Of a DNA stretch of 64,000 bases, positions 50,679 through 61,244 are shown one piece after another; position 1 is the first letter of the stretch, and every line of letters starts with the position of its first letter. This DNA is from Candidatus Latescibacterota bacterium. GTDB lineage: Bacteria > Latescibacterota > UBA2968. A program made the position numbers and the translations under genes. The notes below the pieces were generated by a model. It made no database searches and was not told the DNA's origin. It saw only the letters and a program-made list of their open reading frames with translations. Location: positions 1 through 64,000 of the forward strand of contig JAYODI010000008.1 of the NCBI GenBank assembly GCA_038279365.1, in the 5' to 3' direction.

Positions 50679-50878
50679 GGGTGGATAGAGGTTCGCCAAA
50701 ACCTCAAGCCCTGGATTGTTCCAGGAAAAAACCGATGTATTCTTCGAGCGGTTCACAGTGGCGTTACCGGGGGAGATAATGCTACGGTCCATAACCGATT
50801 CCTTGGAGAATTAATCATCCGAATTTTGATGCATCACAATTCGCAAAGGCAGAACGGATGAGGCATCTCTATCCACCC
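50679..50878 (+). ncRNA. ssrS: 6S RNA-like structured RNA
   Basis: 200 nt. Terminal helix GGGTGGATAGAGGT/ATCTCTATCCACCC, central bubble region and long apical stem. GAGGTTCGC and GGCATCTC resemble the conserved ends of E. coli 6S. A terminator follows immediately. Confidence 0.65.
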
Positions 50879-50883
50879 CTCTA

Positions 50884-50921
50884 AAATAAAAGGGCGACCC
50901 AATCGGGTCGCCCTTTTATTT
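50884..50921. terminator. Bidirectional terminator shared by the ncRNA and comEC
   Basis: AATAAAAGGGCGACCC-AATC-GGGTCGCCCTTTTATT. Confidence 0.9.
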
Positions 50922-53300
50922 ATTTCGGTTCAACCAAGTTTGGGTTGTTATGCCATCGCCACTCAGGACAAATCGAATGGCCCCAGACAAATCGGTTCTT
51001 AAAATATTCAGGCCCATTTCGGCATACCGCTGAATAACCTCTGGAGATGGATGGCGAAATTTATTTTTTACACCACATGAGACGGCTACCCAAGTGGGGT
51101 GCACACCATCTAAAAACGCCTTTGTTGATGAGGTACGAGAACCGTGATGCGCTGCCTTTAAAATATCTGCGCGCAAGCGATCTTTCCAACGCAGAAGAGC
51201 ACCATCTGTTTCATGTTCGATATCCCCAGTTAACAACAATGCCATTCCCAAATAATCGAAGCGAATCACCACCGAACCGTTATTCAAATCGTGAGAGACT
51301 CCCTCTTCTGGTGCAACAAAAGAAGGAGATGGATGAAGCACCACCCCACCCACGCCACCCAACCCGACCAAGCTATCACCAGCAGCAACAACATGATAAC
51401 GGATATTTTTTTCTTGAACCAAACGGTGGATTTCACGCGCCGTCCACGTTTCGGCAAATTGTCCACTGTCTAAATAATGCCCAACGTTTACACGATCCAA
51501 AACCGCGATCAACCCACCAATATGGTCGCTGTGGGCATGGGAACCAACCACCACATCTATATATGAAATGCCTTGGCTTCTCAAAAAAGGCAAAACCACC
51601 CTTGTCCCCATATCGATATGTTGGGTTCGTATTCCACCATCGACCAACATGGTTTTGCCATTTGGAAATCGCATAAAAATGGCATCACCCTGCCCAATGT
51701 CCAACACAAACACTTCCATATGTTGCCGTGCCAGTAAGCGGGGTTGCCACACACCCCAGTTGGCACACAACAACACCCCCCCAAACACATAAATACGATA
51801 GGGACGCTGACGAAACTGTGGCAAAAACAAAAGCACACCCAACCCATAAATACCCCACAGAAACAAGGGCAAATGAGGAACGTCTACGGCCGCCCAAGAA
51901 ACGGAAGCCATAAATTGTGCCAAGCCTATCGCTATCTTCAAGATCACCCAGTTGGCACCATTGAGCCACATTACCACAGTGGGTAACAATGGATACACAA
52001 AAACACCCACCAAACCCAGTGCCGCCGCCAAGCCAATAAGTGGCACAATGATCAAATTGGCCACCAACCCCACAATGGAAACCACACCAAAATATGTAAT
52101 CATAAAAGGCATTGTTGTGATTTGGGCAGCAAGAGACACCGCCAACGGCGCCCAAATCATTTGGCCAACAAAATGCCCGCCCCACTTGGGCAAACAATCT
52201 GTTAGTGGACGGTAAAACAACATAATCCCTCCAGTAGCCGCAAACGACAACTGAAAGCCCACGTCCAAAATATCGGCAGGCCGAAAAATGAGACCAACCA
52301 AACCTGCCACACCCAAGGCATTCCAACCCTCACCTTCCCATTCTCCCAACTGCCCCAACAGGATCAAACTGGCCATCACACAGGCCCGAACCACAGATGG
52401 GGGCAACCCAGTTACCAAAGCATAAACAACCAATAAAAATACGGTCATCCATACCGTAATCCCCCGTCCAATGCCACACAACCGCAACCCAAAAAAGACC
52501 ACGCTGGCAATAAGCCCCACATGAAGCCCAGAAACGGCCAAAACATGATTCACCCCACATCGGGTGAAGGCGTCGCGAACCTCGGTGGGCACAGCACGCT
52601 TATCTCCTAATAAAATGCCCTTGAGCAGCCCCGCTGGCCCTCCCGACAAATTTTGCTCAATTGCTCCCCGAATGATGCCACGCACAGGTATCACGCCTTC
52701 CATCCACCACGCACCTTGATGCTCCTCTTTGAGCAAAACTTGCTCATTGCGAGAAACATAGGCCAATGCCCGAATGCCTCGCAATGCCAAATAGTCCCGA
52801 TAATCAAACCCACCAGGATTGCGAGCCGGTTCTGGCAAGGTCGGCACAACACGCAAAGCCAAATGGTCTCCGTATGTTGCTTCGGTTACTTGTTCACCAA
52901 ACCGCACCAACATTCTCCCCGATGTTTGCCAGAGGGTATCCCCTCTACAAACAGACATCACCTCCATTTCAGCACGCCATCCATTTGTTTGGCGCTCTGG
53001 CTCGGAAACCAATTGCCCCGTAAAAATCACTTCATCATCCGAAAGCACGTTGCAATAATGGTCACCAGGCATTTGTCTCACCCCCCATTCAAAACGCAAT
53101 GCCCCCAACAATATCAGCAACAAACAGCACCCCGTGCTTGCCCAAAAATCTTGTTTTAAGACAAACAGAACAACCACAGTCAGCATCAGGCAAATGCCCA
53201 GCACCAACAACCACACCCCAGACCACTGACATATGACCTGCATCCCAATGCCAAAAGCAAACCATAAAGCTGAAAACAGTGCTGGTCTTCGCATGTTCAT
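50916..53300 (-). CDS. comEC: DNA internalization competence protein ComEC/Rec2
   Basis: RNPGGFDY, HVLAVSGLHVG, GFQLSF, and beta-lactamase-like domain DIGQGDA, SHAHSDHIGG, HHGS. Confidence 0.95.
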   Translation of the reverse strand: MNMRRPALFSALWFAFGIGMQVICQWSGVWLLVLGICLMLTVVVLFVLKQDFWASTGCCLLLILLGALRFEWGVRQMPGDHYCNVLSDDEVIFTGQLVSEPERQTNGWRAEMEVMSVCRGDTLWQTSGRMLVRFGEQVTEATYGDHLALRVVPTLPEPARNPGGFDYRDYLALRGIRALAYVSRNEQVLLKEEHQGAWWMEGVIPVRGIIRGAIEQNLSGGPAGLLKGILLGDKRAVPTEVRDAFTRCGVNHVLAVSGLHVGLIASVVFFGLRLCGIGRGITVWMTVFLLVVYALVTGLPPSVVRACVMASLILLGQLGEWEGEGWNALGVAGLVGLIFRPADILDVGFQLSFAATGGIMLFYRPLTDCLPKWGGHFVGQMIWAPLAVSLAAQITTMPFMITYFGVVSIVGLVANLIIVPLIGLAAALGLVGVFVYPLLPTVVMWLNGANWVILKIAIGLAQFMASVSWAAVDVPHLPLFLWGIYGLGVLLFLPQFRQRPYRIYVFGGVLLCANWGVWQPRLLARQHMEVFVLDIGQGDAIFMRFPNGKTMLVDGGIRTQHIDMGTRVVLPFLRSQGISYIDVVVGSHAHSDHIGGLIAVLDRVNVGHYLDSGQFAETWTAREIHRLVQEKNIRYHVVAAGDSLVGLGGVGGVVLHPSPSFVAPEEGVSHDLNNGSVVIRFDYLGMALLLTGDIEHETDGALLRWKDRLRADILKAAHHGSRTSSTKAFLDGVHPTWVAVSCGVKNKFRHPSPEVIQRYAEMGLNILRTDLSGAIRFVLSGDGITTQTWLNRNK

Positions 53301-53324
53301 ATCCTTTTAAAATGGGATATGAAA

Positions 53325-53340
53325 TGCAATTTTTATGCCT
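53325..53340 (-). promoter_or_regulatory. sigma54-type -24/-12 promoter motif upstream of comEC
   Basis: Minus strand AGGCATAAAAATTGCA = GG-N10-GC, 24 nt before the ATG. Confidence 0.55.
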
Positions 53341-53439
53341 TTCAGCAAATGCCCTGTATGGCGATCATTTGTGTGAAAAAAACGTGCAATACCTGCAAAA
53401 AAGGTTCAATTCCCCCTCACTTCCACGCCCAGTATACAG

Positions 53440-53468
53440 TTGACTTTATAACGGTGAGGTGGTATATT
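53440..53468 (+). promoter_or_regulatory. sigma70-type promoter of the ecfT-truA operon
   Basis: TTGACT-17-TATATT with extended -10 TG. Confidence 0.7.
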
Positions 53469-53550
53469 CAAAAAAAATAAAAACGGTTCAAATGTATGCT
53501 TTTCTTAATGTTATGACTCTTCTGCCCATGTTCTTTTACAACAAAAAAAC

Positions 53551-54327
53551 ATGATTTTAGGGCGATATATCCCCAGCCAATCGTGGTTGCATCTTCTCGA
53601 CCCACGCACCAAGATTGTGTCTGGCATTATCTTGGCCACCTTGGTCATTAAAACCGACACCCCAGGCTTCTTAGCAGGGCTGGTCTTTGTGTTGTTTATT
53701 TTACCCCTATTAACCCGTCTACCGTGGCGCATCACATGGGGTATTCAAAAGTCACTGTGGCCGCTTTTGAGCGTAGTTTTTTTGCTCAATGCATACCTCA
53801 CCCCAGGGATCACCGTCACTATCGCATCACATGCCATCTTTGGGGTCACCGAAGAAGGGCTGGTGCGGGGGGGCACATTGGCCTTAAAACTCAATGCCAT
53901 TGTGTTGCTTTTTGCGTGGATGACCTTAACCTCCTCCCCATCGAACTTCTCGGACAGCCTTGAAATGTTGTTGCGTCCACTTGAAAAAATGCGTATCCCT
54001 ACACAAGGTTTGATATTGGCATTGGCCGTTGCACTTCGGTTTGTTCCCCTCATACTCAAAGAAGCACAACGACTTCATTTGGCCCAACTTTCGCGTGGGG
54101 CAGATTTCTCGGGTATTCGCCATCTCACTCGGTTCGTCCCCATACTGATACCTTTGTTTGTTGCCACATTTACACGTGCTGAACACTTAACCCAAACATT
54201 GGATTCACGCGGTTATCAGCACCACCCATCTCGTACCCATTTTGATACATTAATATTCAAACGGCGCGATTATTTGGCCTTTGCCCTAGTTGGATGTTTT
54301 GCAACTTATATGTTTACCATCTTATGA
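53551..54327 (+). CDS. ecfT: Energy-coupling factor transporter transmembrane component T
   Basis: LGRYIPSQSWLHLLDPRTK, ALRFVP, and XRG motifs SRGA and SRGY. Confidence 0.88.
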   Translation: MILGRYIPSQSWLHLLDPRTKIVSGIILATLVIKTDTPGFLAGLVFVLFILPLLTRLPWRITWGIQKSLWPLLSVVFLLNAYLTPGITVTIASHAIFGVTEEGLVRGGTLALKLNAIVLLFAWMTLTSSPSNFSDSLEMLLRPLEKMRIPTQGLILALAVALRFVPLILKEAQRLHLAQLSRGADFSGIRHLTRFVPILIPLFVATFTRAEHLTQTLDSRGYQHHPSRTHFDTLIFKRRDYLAFALVGCFATYMFTIL

Positions 54328-55076
54328 GCCGTAACATTCGCCTTCTTGTAGAATACGACGGGACCCATTTTCATGGCTGGCAAATTCAACCCGACCAACG
54401 TACGGTGCAGGGTGAAATGCAAGCGCGTTTGAGCAAACTTTTTAATGGGCCCATTTCAATTACGGCCTCTGGTAGAACGGACACGGGCGTTCATGCGTTG
54501 GGGCAAGTGGTTAACTTTACAGCAACACGCGACATCAGTGATGAACGCTTGTTGCAAGCCTTAAATGGCATGTTACCACCCGATATTGCCGTAAAAAAAA
54601 TAGACACCGTTGCACCTGAGTTTCACGCCCGCTTTGACGCTTTACAACGCTTTTACTTCTATCGCATATCGTATAACAAAACGCCCATTGGGCGCTATTA
54701 TACTTGGTATATGCACCGGTCACTGGATTTAGACACACTTAATCGTGCCGCCAAATATCTATTAGGACGCCATGACTTCACTTCTTTTTGTGTGGCCGCA
54801 CACGAAAAAGAAAACCGTGTTTGCGAAGTTTATGACAGCTATTGGGAAGAGGAAGAAAATGGCCTTGTCTATCACATATCGGGCAACCGCTTTCTCCGCA
54901 CAATGGTGCGCAGTATTGTTGGAACCATAGTTGAAATGGGTCGTGGCGTGAGACCCGCCGAAGTCATGCCAGACATACTAAAGGCGCAAGATCGGCAAAG
55001 CGCCGGAGAATCGGCCCCACCGTGTGGCTTGTTTCTCAACAAGGTGGTTTATGCAGACAGTTTACCCGGAGGGTAA
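54324..55076 (+). CDS. truA: tRNA pseudouridine(38-40) synthase
   Basis: YDGTHFHGWQ, SGRTDTGVHA, FHARF and FLRTMVR. Confidence 0.96.
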   Translation: MSRNIRLLVEYDGTHFHGWQIQPDQRTVQGEMQARLSKLFNGPISITASGRTDTGVHALGQVVNFTATRDISDERLLQALNGMLPPDIAVKKIDTVAPEFHARFDALQRFYFYRISYNKTPIGRYYTWYMHRSLDLDTLNRAAKYLLGRHDFTSFCVAAHEKENRVCEVYDSYWEEEENGLVYHISGNRFLRTMVRSIVGTIVEMGRGVRPAEVMPDILKAQDRQSAGESAPPCGLFLNKVVYADSLPGG

Positions 55077-55082
55077 TTCGTT

Positions 55083-56204
55083 GTGTTGCGAATGGTGCCA
55101 ATTCTTCTATTGGGCCTCTTGCTCGGTTTTGTGCTCTTTCCTTTGCTCAACAAATGGATGGAACACCCAAGCACACAGGCATCGCTTGACAAAAGTGCCA
55201 ACAATGAAATAGACTTATCCCGTCAAAATGCAATTGTCAAAGCCATTCAAAAAGTGTCACCTTGTGTTGTGAGCATCAGCACAGCACGCTTTCCTGATCC
55301 TTTTTTTGATCCCTTTTCCGAAATCCACAAAATACCAGGCATTGGATCGGGCTTTGTCATTCAATCTGACGGCTATATCTTAACCAACAGCCATGTGGTT
55401 GATGGTGCCCAAGACATCACCATCACATTTGCCGATGGACGCCGATTTGATGTCTTAGAAGTTTTTATTGATCGCCAACTCGATTTGGCCGTCATCCACA
55501 TTGATGCAGAAAACCTCCCCCTACCTGAGTTTGGCAACTCCGATCAGTTGATCATTGGCGAATGGGCAATTGCAGTTGGCAACCCATTTGGGTTGCGCTT
55601 TGAAGACACCAAACCCACCGTAACGGTTGGGGTGATTAGCGCATTAAATCGGGTGGTTCGCCCAGAAGAAAACGAACGTGCCTACAAAGACATGATCCAA
55701 ACAGATGCCTCGATTAATCCAGGGAACAGTGGGGGTCCATTGGTGAACAGTTTGGGTCAGGTTATTGGTGTCAACACCTTCATCCTGTCTCAAGGTGGTG
55801 CTCTTGGCATTGGTTTTGCCGTTCCAATAGAACGCGCCATTGAAGCGGCCCGACAGCTCATTGATCAAGGCAGTCGAGATTTTTGGACAGGCCTTGACAT
55901 TCACAGCGTAACCCCCCACATTGCCCGTACCTTGGGCCTTAGCACGGCACGAGGTGCCTTAATTACCGTTGTGGAGCCACTCAGCCCAGGTGAAAGCGCG
56001 GGGCTTTTGGCAGGTGATGTGATCGTTATGGTGAACAATGGGCGTGTGGACAGTGCCGACGATCTCATCGGTGCCTTTCGAACGGCGGTTGTCGGCGACA
56101 CAATCGCTTTAAAAATTTTGCGAGGACGTGTCTTTAGGGGCCGTGGTGGTGGTTTTTTTGATACAAACCTCATATTAGAACAAGACCCTCGCAGCGAAGA
56201 TTAG
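55083..56204 (+). CDS. HtrA/DegP-family serine protease with one PDZ domain
   Basis: GSGF, LTNSHVV, DLAV, QTDASINPGNSGGPL and N-terminal anchor. Confidence 0.92.
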   Translation: MLRMVPILLLGLLLGFVLFPLLNKWMEHPSTQASLDKSANNEIDLSRQNAIVKAIQKVSPCVVSISTARFPDPFFDPFSEIHKIPGIGSGFVIQSDGYILTNSHVVDGAQDITITFADGRRFDVLEVFIDRQLDLAVIHIDAENLPLPEFGNSDQLIIGEWAIAVGNPFGLRFEDTKPTVTVGVISALNRVVRPEENERAYKDMIQTDASINPGNSGGPLVNSLGQVIGVNTFILSQGGALGIGFAVPIERAIEAARQLIDQGSRDFWTGLDIHSVTPHIARTLGLSTARGALITVVEPLSPGESAGLLAGDVIVMVNNGRVDSADDLIGAFRTAVVGDTIALKILRGRVFRGRGGGFFDTNLILEQDPRSED

Positions 56205-56243
56205 CAAACCATTGCAATCGCATCCTTATTCAATGGAGTCACT

Positions 56244-56966
56244 ATGAACGCCAAATCTGCCTTACCAAGTTTATTTACCATTGGCAGCCTATTTTGCGGA
56301 TTTCTATCCATTTATTATGCCATTGATGGCAAATTGTTGGGTGCTGCGCTTTTAATTGTAATTGCTGCTTTTTTAGACGCTTTTGACGGCAAAATTGCAC
56401 GTTATTTTGACACACCCAGCAATTTTGGCGTCCAGTTCGACACCATTTCAGATATTTGCTCATTTGGTTTGGCCCCAGCCCTTTTGATGATGCAATACTT
56501 TGACGATTTGATGGCATCGCGTTGGTTGCCCTTTGGGGTCAGTTTTTTCTTTTTAATGTGTGGTGCATTGCGCTTGGCACGATTCAATTCTCAGCTCAAA
56601 AGTTTTGAGAAAGAAAACTTTACCGGTTTGCCCATTCCCATGGCGGCCTGTACCTTATCGGCTTATATTATGTTTACCGAACGCGTTTGGGACAGCCATC
56701 ACGAACCCCATTTGGCCATGGGATTGTGTGTGGTACTTGCACTTTTAATGGTCAGCACCATCGAATATGTTGCCTTTCCCAAACTCACACTTGAAACAAC
56801 GCGTGACCGTTTGCGCTTGGCCAGTTTATTGGCCGTTGTGGCCCTGATGATCTTTAACACCTATGAGGTTTTTTTCCCCCTCACATTGGTTATTGCGCTT
56901 TCGGGTGCCGCCCGTTGGTTGTTCCTTTTAATCACCGATCGTGAGGTTGCCGACTTACAACCGTGA
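56244..56966 (+). CDS. pssA: CDP-diacylglycerol--serine O-phosphatidyltransferase
   Basis: LDAFDGKIAR..FGVQFDTISD, LRLARFN and FTGLPIP. Confidence 0.9.
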   Translation: MNAKSALPSLFTIGSLFCGFLSIYYAIDGKLLGAALLIVIAAFLDAFDGKIARYFDTPSNFGVQFDTISDICSFGLAPALLMMQYFDDLMASRWLPFGVSFFFLMCGALRLARFNSQLKSFEKENFTGLPIPMAACTLSAYIMFTERVWDSHHEPHLAMGLCVVLALLMVSTIEYVAFPKLTLETTRDRLRLASLLAVVALMIFNTYEVFFPLTLVIALSGAARWLFLLITDREVADLQP

Positions 56967-57021
56967 TTATTTCCTTCACATTGACACCTTTTTCCTGTAA
57001 ATTTTCCAAAGAAAGTAACGT

Positions 57022-57300
57022 ATGGGCAGACATAGCCTGGGGCTTTTGATTGTTGCGATTGTCATTGGTATATTGGCTGGCAGCATTGTTGGTCAAATCA
57101 TGGGTGTTTTGATAGACAGTTTGGGGCTTCACAATAATGTGGTTCAAAAAGTATTTATAAACTCATATGTCTATGAGTTTCACCCCTTGCGATTAAATCT
57201 GATCATCATGACACTCACGTTTGGTTTTTCGATCAATTTGAACACCTTAAGCCTCTTGGGCATTGGCACAGCCTGGTTCTACATCAAATACTCGTATTAA
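57022..57300 (+). CDS. Small membrane protein (DUF4321-like)
   Basis: GSIVGQ N-terminal TM and C-terminal LNLIIMTLTFGFSINLN..SLLG pattern. Confidence 0.65.
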   Translation: MGRHSLGLLIVAIVIGILAGSIVGQIMGVLIDSLGLHNNVVQKVFINSYVYEFHPLRLNLIIMTLTFGFSINLNTLSLLGIGTAWFYIKYSY

Positions 57301-57334
57301 AAACACGATTCACTACCATTGGAGGTAACCACCA

Positions 57335-57577
57335 ATGTTTGGCATGGGACCTTGGGAAATTCTCGTTATTTTGTTAATTGCTTTGTTGCTTTTTGGTGCA
57401 AAACGCATTCCAGAAATTGCACAAGGCTTGGGCAAAGGCATCACAGAATTCAAACGCGCCGTACGCGATGTACAGGGCGAAATTGAAAATGCTGCAGATC
57501 CTTCAGTGCCACCACCACCAAAACAAACCAATACCACACAAGAAACCACAAAGACACAAACCGAAACACAATCTTGA
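57335..57577 (+). CDS. tatA: Twin-arginine translocase TatA/E subunit
   Basis: [30 protein letters not shown] with GGAGG SD. Confidence 0.95.
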   Translation: MFGMGPWEILVILLIALLLFGAKRIPEIAQGLGKGITEFKRAVRDVQGEIENAADPSVPPPPKQTNTTQETTKTQTETQS

Positions 57578-59046
57578 CGGGGGGCTGGGTGGCCAGCAAT
57601 TCAATTTTTCCAGCACAAACAGCAAAAAAAATTAGCGCAATGATACAGTCGGGCACCTGTACGGCCCTGCAATTGACCAACAAGGTCTTAGACCACATTC
57701 GCGCAACCCATGACACAACCAACGCATTTATTACCATAGACGAAGACGGTGCCCGTCAACAAGCCGAAGTGGTTGATCAAAAAATCGCTTCGGGGCAAGC
57801 AGTTGGTGCCTTGGCGGGTATTCCTGTGGGCGTTAAAGATGTGTTGTGTACCAAAGGACTTCGCACCACCTGTGCATCCAAAATCCTCGATAACTTCATC
57901 CCACCATACGATGCCACCGTAGTAAGCCACCTTCGCCAGGCCGATGCCATCATTTTGGGCAAGCTCAATATGGATGAGTTTGCGATGGGTTCCTCCAATG
58001 AAAACTCGGCTTTTGGCACCGTCAAAAACCCACTTGATCCCACACGCGTTGCCGGTGGTTCCAGTGGAGGTTCTGCAGCTTCTGTTGCTGCCGAACAAGC
58101 TTTTATGACGCTTGGTTCTGACACGGGTGGATCCATTCGTCAACCCGCCTCTTTTTGTGGCACCGTGGGCCTTAAACCTACCTATGGGCGTGTTTCTCGA
58201 TATGGGCTTATTGCATACGCATCTTCATTAGACCAAGTGGGGCCTATCACCCGCACCGTAGAAGATGCCGCGTGTTTGCTCAATGTCATTGCCGGTCACG
58301 ACACCTCTGATTCAACATCGGCCAATGTGCCCGTACCAGATTATACGACAGATTTAGACCGTGGCGTTGCTGGCCTCACCATTGGTTTACCCAAAGAATA
58401 TTTTGCAGAAGGTTTGCAAGAAGATGTGCGCCAAGCCGTCATGAACGGGGTTGCGCTTCTCGAAAAGAACGGGGCAACCATAAAAGAAATCTCTCTTCCA
58501 ACGGCTGGCAATGCCGAATATGCCATTGCCGCATATTATATTATTGCCACAGCGGAAGCATCTTCAAACCTGTCTCGTTTCGATGGTGTCAAATACGGCT
58601 TTCGAGCAAAAGCATCCAACCTCACCGATATGTATACCCATTCTCGAAGCCAAGGGTTTGGCTCCGAAGTCAAACGACGCATTATGTTGGGCACCTATGC
58701 ACTTAGTGCAGGTTATTACGATGCTTACTATCGAAAAGCACAACAAGTACGCACCCTCATCAAACAAGATTTTGATAACGCATTTGCCACCTGTGACCTT
58801 CTTGCCTCTCCCGTCTCTCCAACACCCGCATTTAAAATTGGTGAAAAAACCGCCGACCCCCTGCAAATGTATCTCTCAGATATTTACACCGTCTCGGTGA
58901 ACCTTGCAGGCATTCCAGGCATATCTGTGCCGTGTGGCACATCTTCAGATAACCTGCCAATTGGTCTCCAATTGTTGGGCAAAAACTTTTCCGAACACAC
59001 GCTTTTACAAGCCGCATCTGTTATCGAACGAGAAATGGCCTCATGA
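57574..59046 (+). CDS. gatA: Asp/Glu-tRNA amidotransferase subunit A
   Basis: [31 protein letters not shown] and EVKRRIMLG. Exact start uncertain. Confidence 0.95.
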   Translation: MTGGWVASNSIFPAQTAKKISAMIQSGTCTALQLTNKVLDHIRATHDTTNAFITIDEDGARQQAEVVDQKIASGQAVGALAGIPVGVKDVLCTKGLRTTCASKILDNFIPPYDATVVSHLRQADAIILGKLNMDEFAMGSSNENSAFGTVKNPLDPTRVAGGSSGGSAASVAAEQAFMTLGSDTGGSIRQPASFCGTVGLKPTYGRVSRYGLIAYASSLDQVGPITRTVEDAACLLNVIAGHDTSDSTSANVPVPDYTTDLDRGVAGLTIGLPKEYFAEGLQEDVRQAVMNGVALLEKNGATIKEISLPTAGNAEYAIAAYYIIATAEASSNLSRFDGVKYGFRAKASNLTDMYTHSRSQGFGSEVKRRIMLGTYALSAGYYDAYYRKAQQVRTLIKQDFDNAFATCDLLASPVSPTPAFKIGEKTADPLQMYLSDIYTVSVNLAGIPGISVPCGTSSDNLPIGLQLLGKNFSEHTLLQAASVIEREMAS

Positions 59047-60494
59047 ATTACGAACCCGTCATTGGGCTTGAAGTCCACGCACAACTTGCCACGCAAACCA
59101 AAATTTTTTGTGGGTGCAGCCCCACTTTTGGTGGTGAACCCAATACCCATGTTTGCCCTGTTTGTTTGGGGTTGCCAGGCGCCCTTCCCGTGTTAAACAA
59201 ACATGTGGTGGAGCTGGCCATGCGCATTGCCATTGCGGTAGGTTGTACAATTCAACCCCGAAGCCGTTTTTTACGCAAAAACTACTTTTATCCCGACCTA
59301 CCCAAAGGTTACCAAGTTTCACAATTTCAATCGAATGAAGAAATGCCCCTGGCTACAGGAGGGGGCATAGATGTACCCACAACAAGTGGAGACATCAAAA
59401 AAATCAACCTCACACGCATTCACATGGAAGAAGACGCCGGCAAAAGCATTCATGAAGAAGGTTTTGTGGCCTCTGGTGAATCGCTTGTAGATGTAAACCG
59501 CTGTGGGGTGCCCCTTATCGAAATTGTGAGTGAACCAGAACTTTCCACATCCGAAGAAGTCTTCCACTATCTCACCCGCTTACACCAATTGCTCATTTAC
59601 ACCGGTGTATCTGAGGGAGACATGGAAAAGGGCCACATGCGCATTGATGCCAATGTATCTATTCGCCCCGTGGGGTCAACAGAGCTCGGTACCAAGGTAG
59701 AAGTCAAAAACGTAAACTCTTTTCGCAATTGCCAGCGCGCCATCGACACAGAAATTGACCGTCAAATTGCCTTACTCGAAACAGGGGGCACCATTCATCA
59801 AGCCACCATGCTTTATGACCCTGATCGCAACCAATTGCGCCCCATGCGCACAAAAGAAGATTCAGACGACTATCGCTACTTTCCCGACCCAGACTTGGTC
59901 CCTGTTGTGGTAGATGATACGTGGATCAATCGGGTACGCGAACAAGTGCCCGAACTCCCAGAAGCCAAACGGGCGCGTTTTGCACAAGACTTCGATCTTT
60001 CACCCGATCAAATTGAAGTGCTCACCGCATCAAGAGAGGTTGCCGATTATTTTGAAGCCACCGTCACAGCTGGAGCACAAGCCAAACCCGCCGCCAACTG
60101 GTTGCAAGGCGATGTGATGCGAACGCTCAATGAACAAAAGATCGCCATTAACGACCTCAAAATTACGCCGCAATATCTCGCCGAATTGCTCGTGCTTATA
60201 GACAATGGCACCATCAGTGGCAACATTGGACGTAAAGTATTCGACACAATGGTCAAAACGGGTGAAGCCCCCCAAACCATAGTCGAAAAACAAGGCCTCG
60301 GGCAAATCAGTGATACCAGTGCGTTAGATGGTGTTGTTGATCAAATTATAGCCGACAACCCATCAGAAGCCGAACGCTACAAAGGAGGCGACAAAAAATT
60401 GGTTGGTTTTTTTATGGGGCAAATTATGAAAGCCACAAAAGGCCAAGCCAACCCACAAATGGTCAACCAAATTTTGCGCGAAAAACTCGGGTAA
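59043..60494 (+). CDS. gatB: Asp/Glu-tRNA amidotransferase subunit B
   Basis: [30 protein letters not shown] and YRYFPDPDL. Confidence 0.97.
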   Translation: MNYEPVIGLEVHAQLATQTKIFCGCSPTFGGEPNTHVCPVCLGLPGALPVLNKHVVELAMRIAIAVGCTIQPRSRFLRKNYFYPDLPKGYQVSQFQSNEEMPLATGGGIDVPTTSGDIKKINLTRIHMEEDAGKSIHEEGFVASGESLVDVNRCGVPLIEIVSEPELSTSEEVFHYLTRLHQLLIYTGVSEGDMEKGHMRIDANVSIRPVGSTELGTKVEVKNVNSFRNCQRAIDTEIDRQIALLETGGTIHQATMLYDPDRNQLRPMRTKEDSDDYRYFPDPDLVPVVVDDTWINRVREQVPELPEAKRARFAQDFDLSPDQIEVLTASREVADYFEATVTAGAQAKPAANWLQGDVMRTLNEQKIAINDLKITPQYLAELLVLIDNGTISGNIGRKVFDTMVKTGEAPQTIVEKQGLGQISDTSALDGVVDQIIADNPSEAERYKGGDKKLVGFFMGQIMKATKGQANPQMVNQILREKLG

Positions 60495-60495
60495 A

Positions 60496-61233
60496 ATGGA
60501 CACCCAACCCGCCTGGTATGACCGTTTTTTCCGCCACGAATACCTCGCATTTGATGACCACCCCAACACCGACCTCGAAATAGATTTTCTTCTTAACACC
60601 CTTCAACTGCCCGATCAATCCTGCCTACTCGACTTGGGTTGTGGCTATGGTCGCCACGCCATTCCGCTTGCACAAGAAGGGCTTCACGTTATTGGTTTGG
60701 ATCGCTCGTCCAACCTTCTCCAAGAAGCCAGAACCCGCCAAAAAGATCAAAACCTCAACCTTTCCTTCATTCGTGGCGATGTGCGCCAATTCCCTTTTGC
60801 CTACCCCTTTGATGCCGTAATCAGCATGTTTTCTTCTTTTGGTTATTTTGAAGATGAAAACGAAAACTTTCTCGTGCTTCAAAACATTGCCGATGCACTC
60901 AAACCCGGTGGCCTCTTTTTTATTGAAACAGCCAACCGCGATTTTATCATTGCCCACAATCCCCCTGTGCAAATTTACCGCCCCCCCAATATGACCCTTA
61001 TTGAAGAACGCACCTTTGACTCACTCACCAGTCAATCCTTGGTGGATGTTACTGTTATTCAAAACGGCACAGAAACCCATCTCCACCATGCTATTCGCCT
61101 ATATACCGCAACCGAAATGGACATGTTGCTGGCCTCTGTGGGGTTACAAACCCTTGGCGTTTGGGGTGATTTTCACGGAGGCGATTTTACAACCGACAGC
61201 CCACACCTCATTTTTTTGGCCGAAAAAGCCTAA
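60496..61233 (+). CDS. Class I SAM-dependent methyltransferase
   Basis: LDLGCGYGRH, GLD, GDVR, SSFGYF and LKPGG. Confidence 0.88.
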   Translation: MDTQPAWYDRFFRHEYLAFDDHPNTDLEIDFLLNTLQLPDQSCLLDLGCGYGRHAIPLAQEGLHVIGLDRSSNLLQEARTRQKDQNLNLSFIRGDVRQFPFAYPFDAVISMFSSFGYFEDENENFLVLQNIADALKPGGLFFIETANRDFIIAHNPPVQIYRPPNMTLIEERTFDSLTSQSLVDVTVIQNGTETHLHHAIRLYTATEMDMLLASVGLQTLGVWGDFHGGDFTTDSPHLIFLAEKA

Positions 61234-61244
61234 CGCCACCACTT

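Noticed and set aside
50481..50792. 103-aa minus-strand ORF in the accA-comEC spacer
   Set aside because: No recognisable motifs; it lies antisense to the structured RNA and behind a bidirectional terminator.
50679..50878. Retron msr-msd, suggested by terminal inverted repeats enclosing hairpins
   Set aside because: There is no reverse transcriptase in the window and a terminator follows directly. The fold and end motifs fit 6S better. tmRNA, RNase P and SRP hallmark motifs were also not found.
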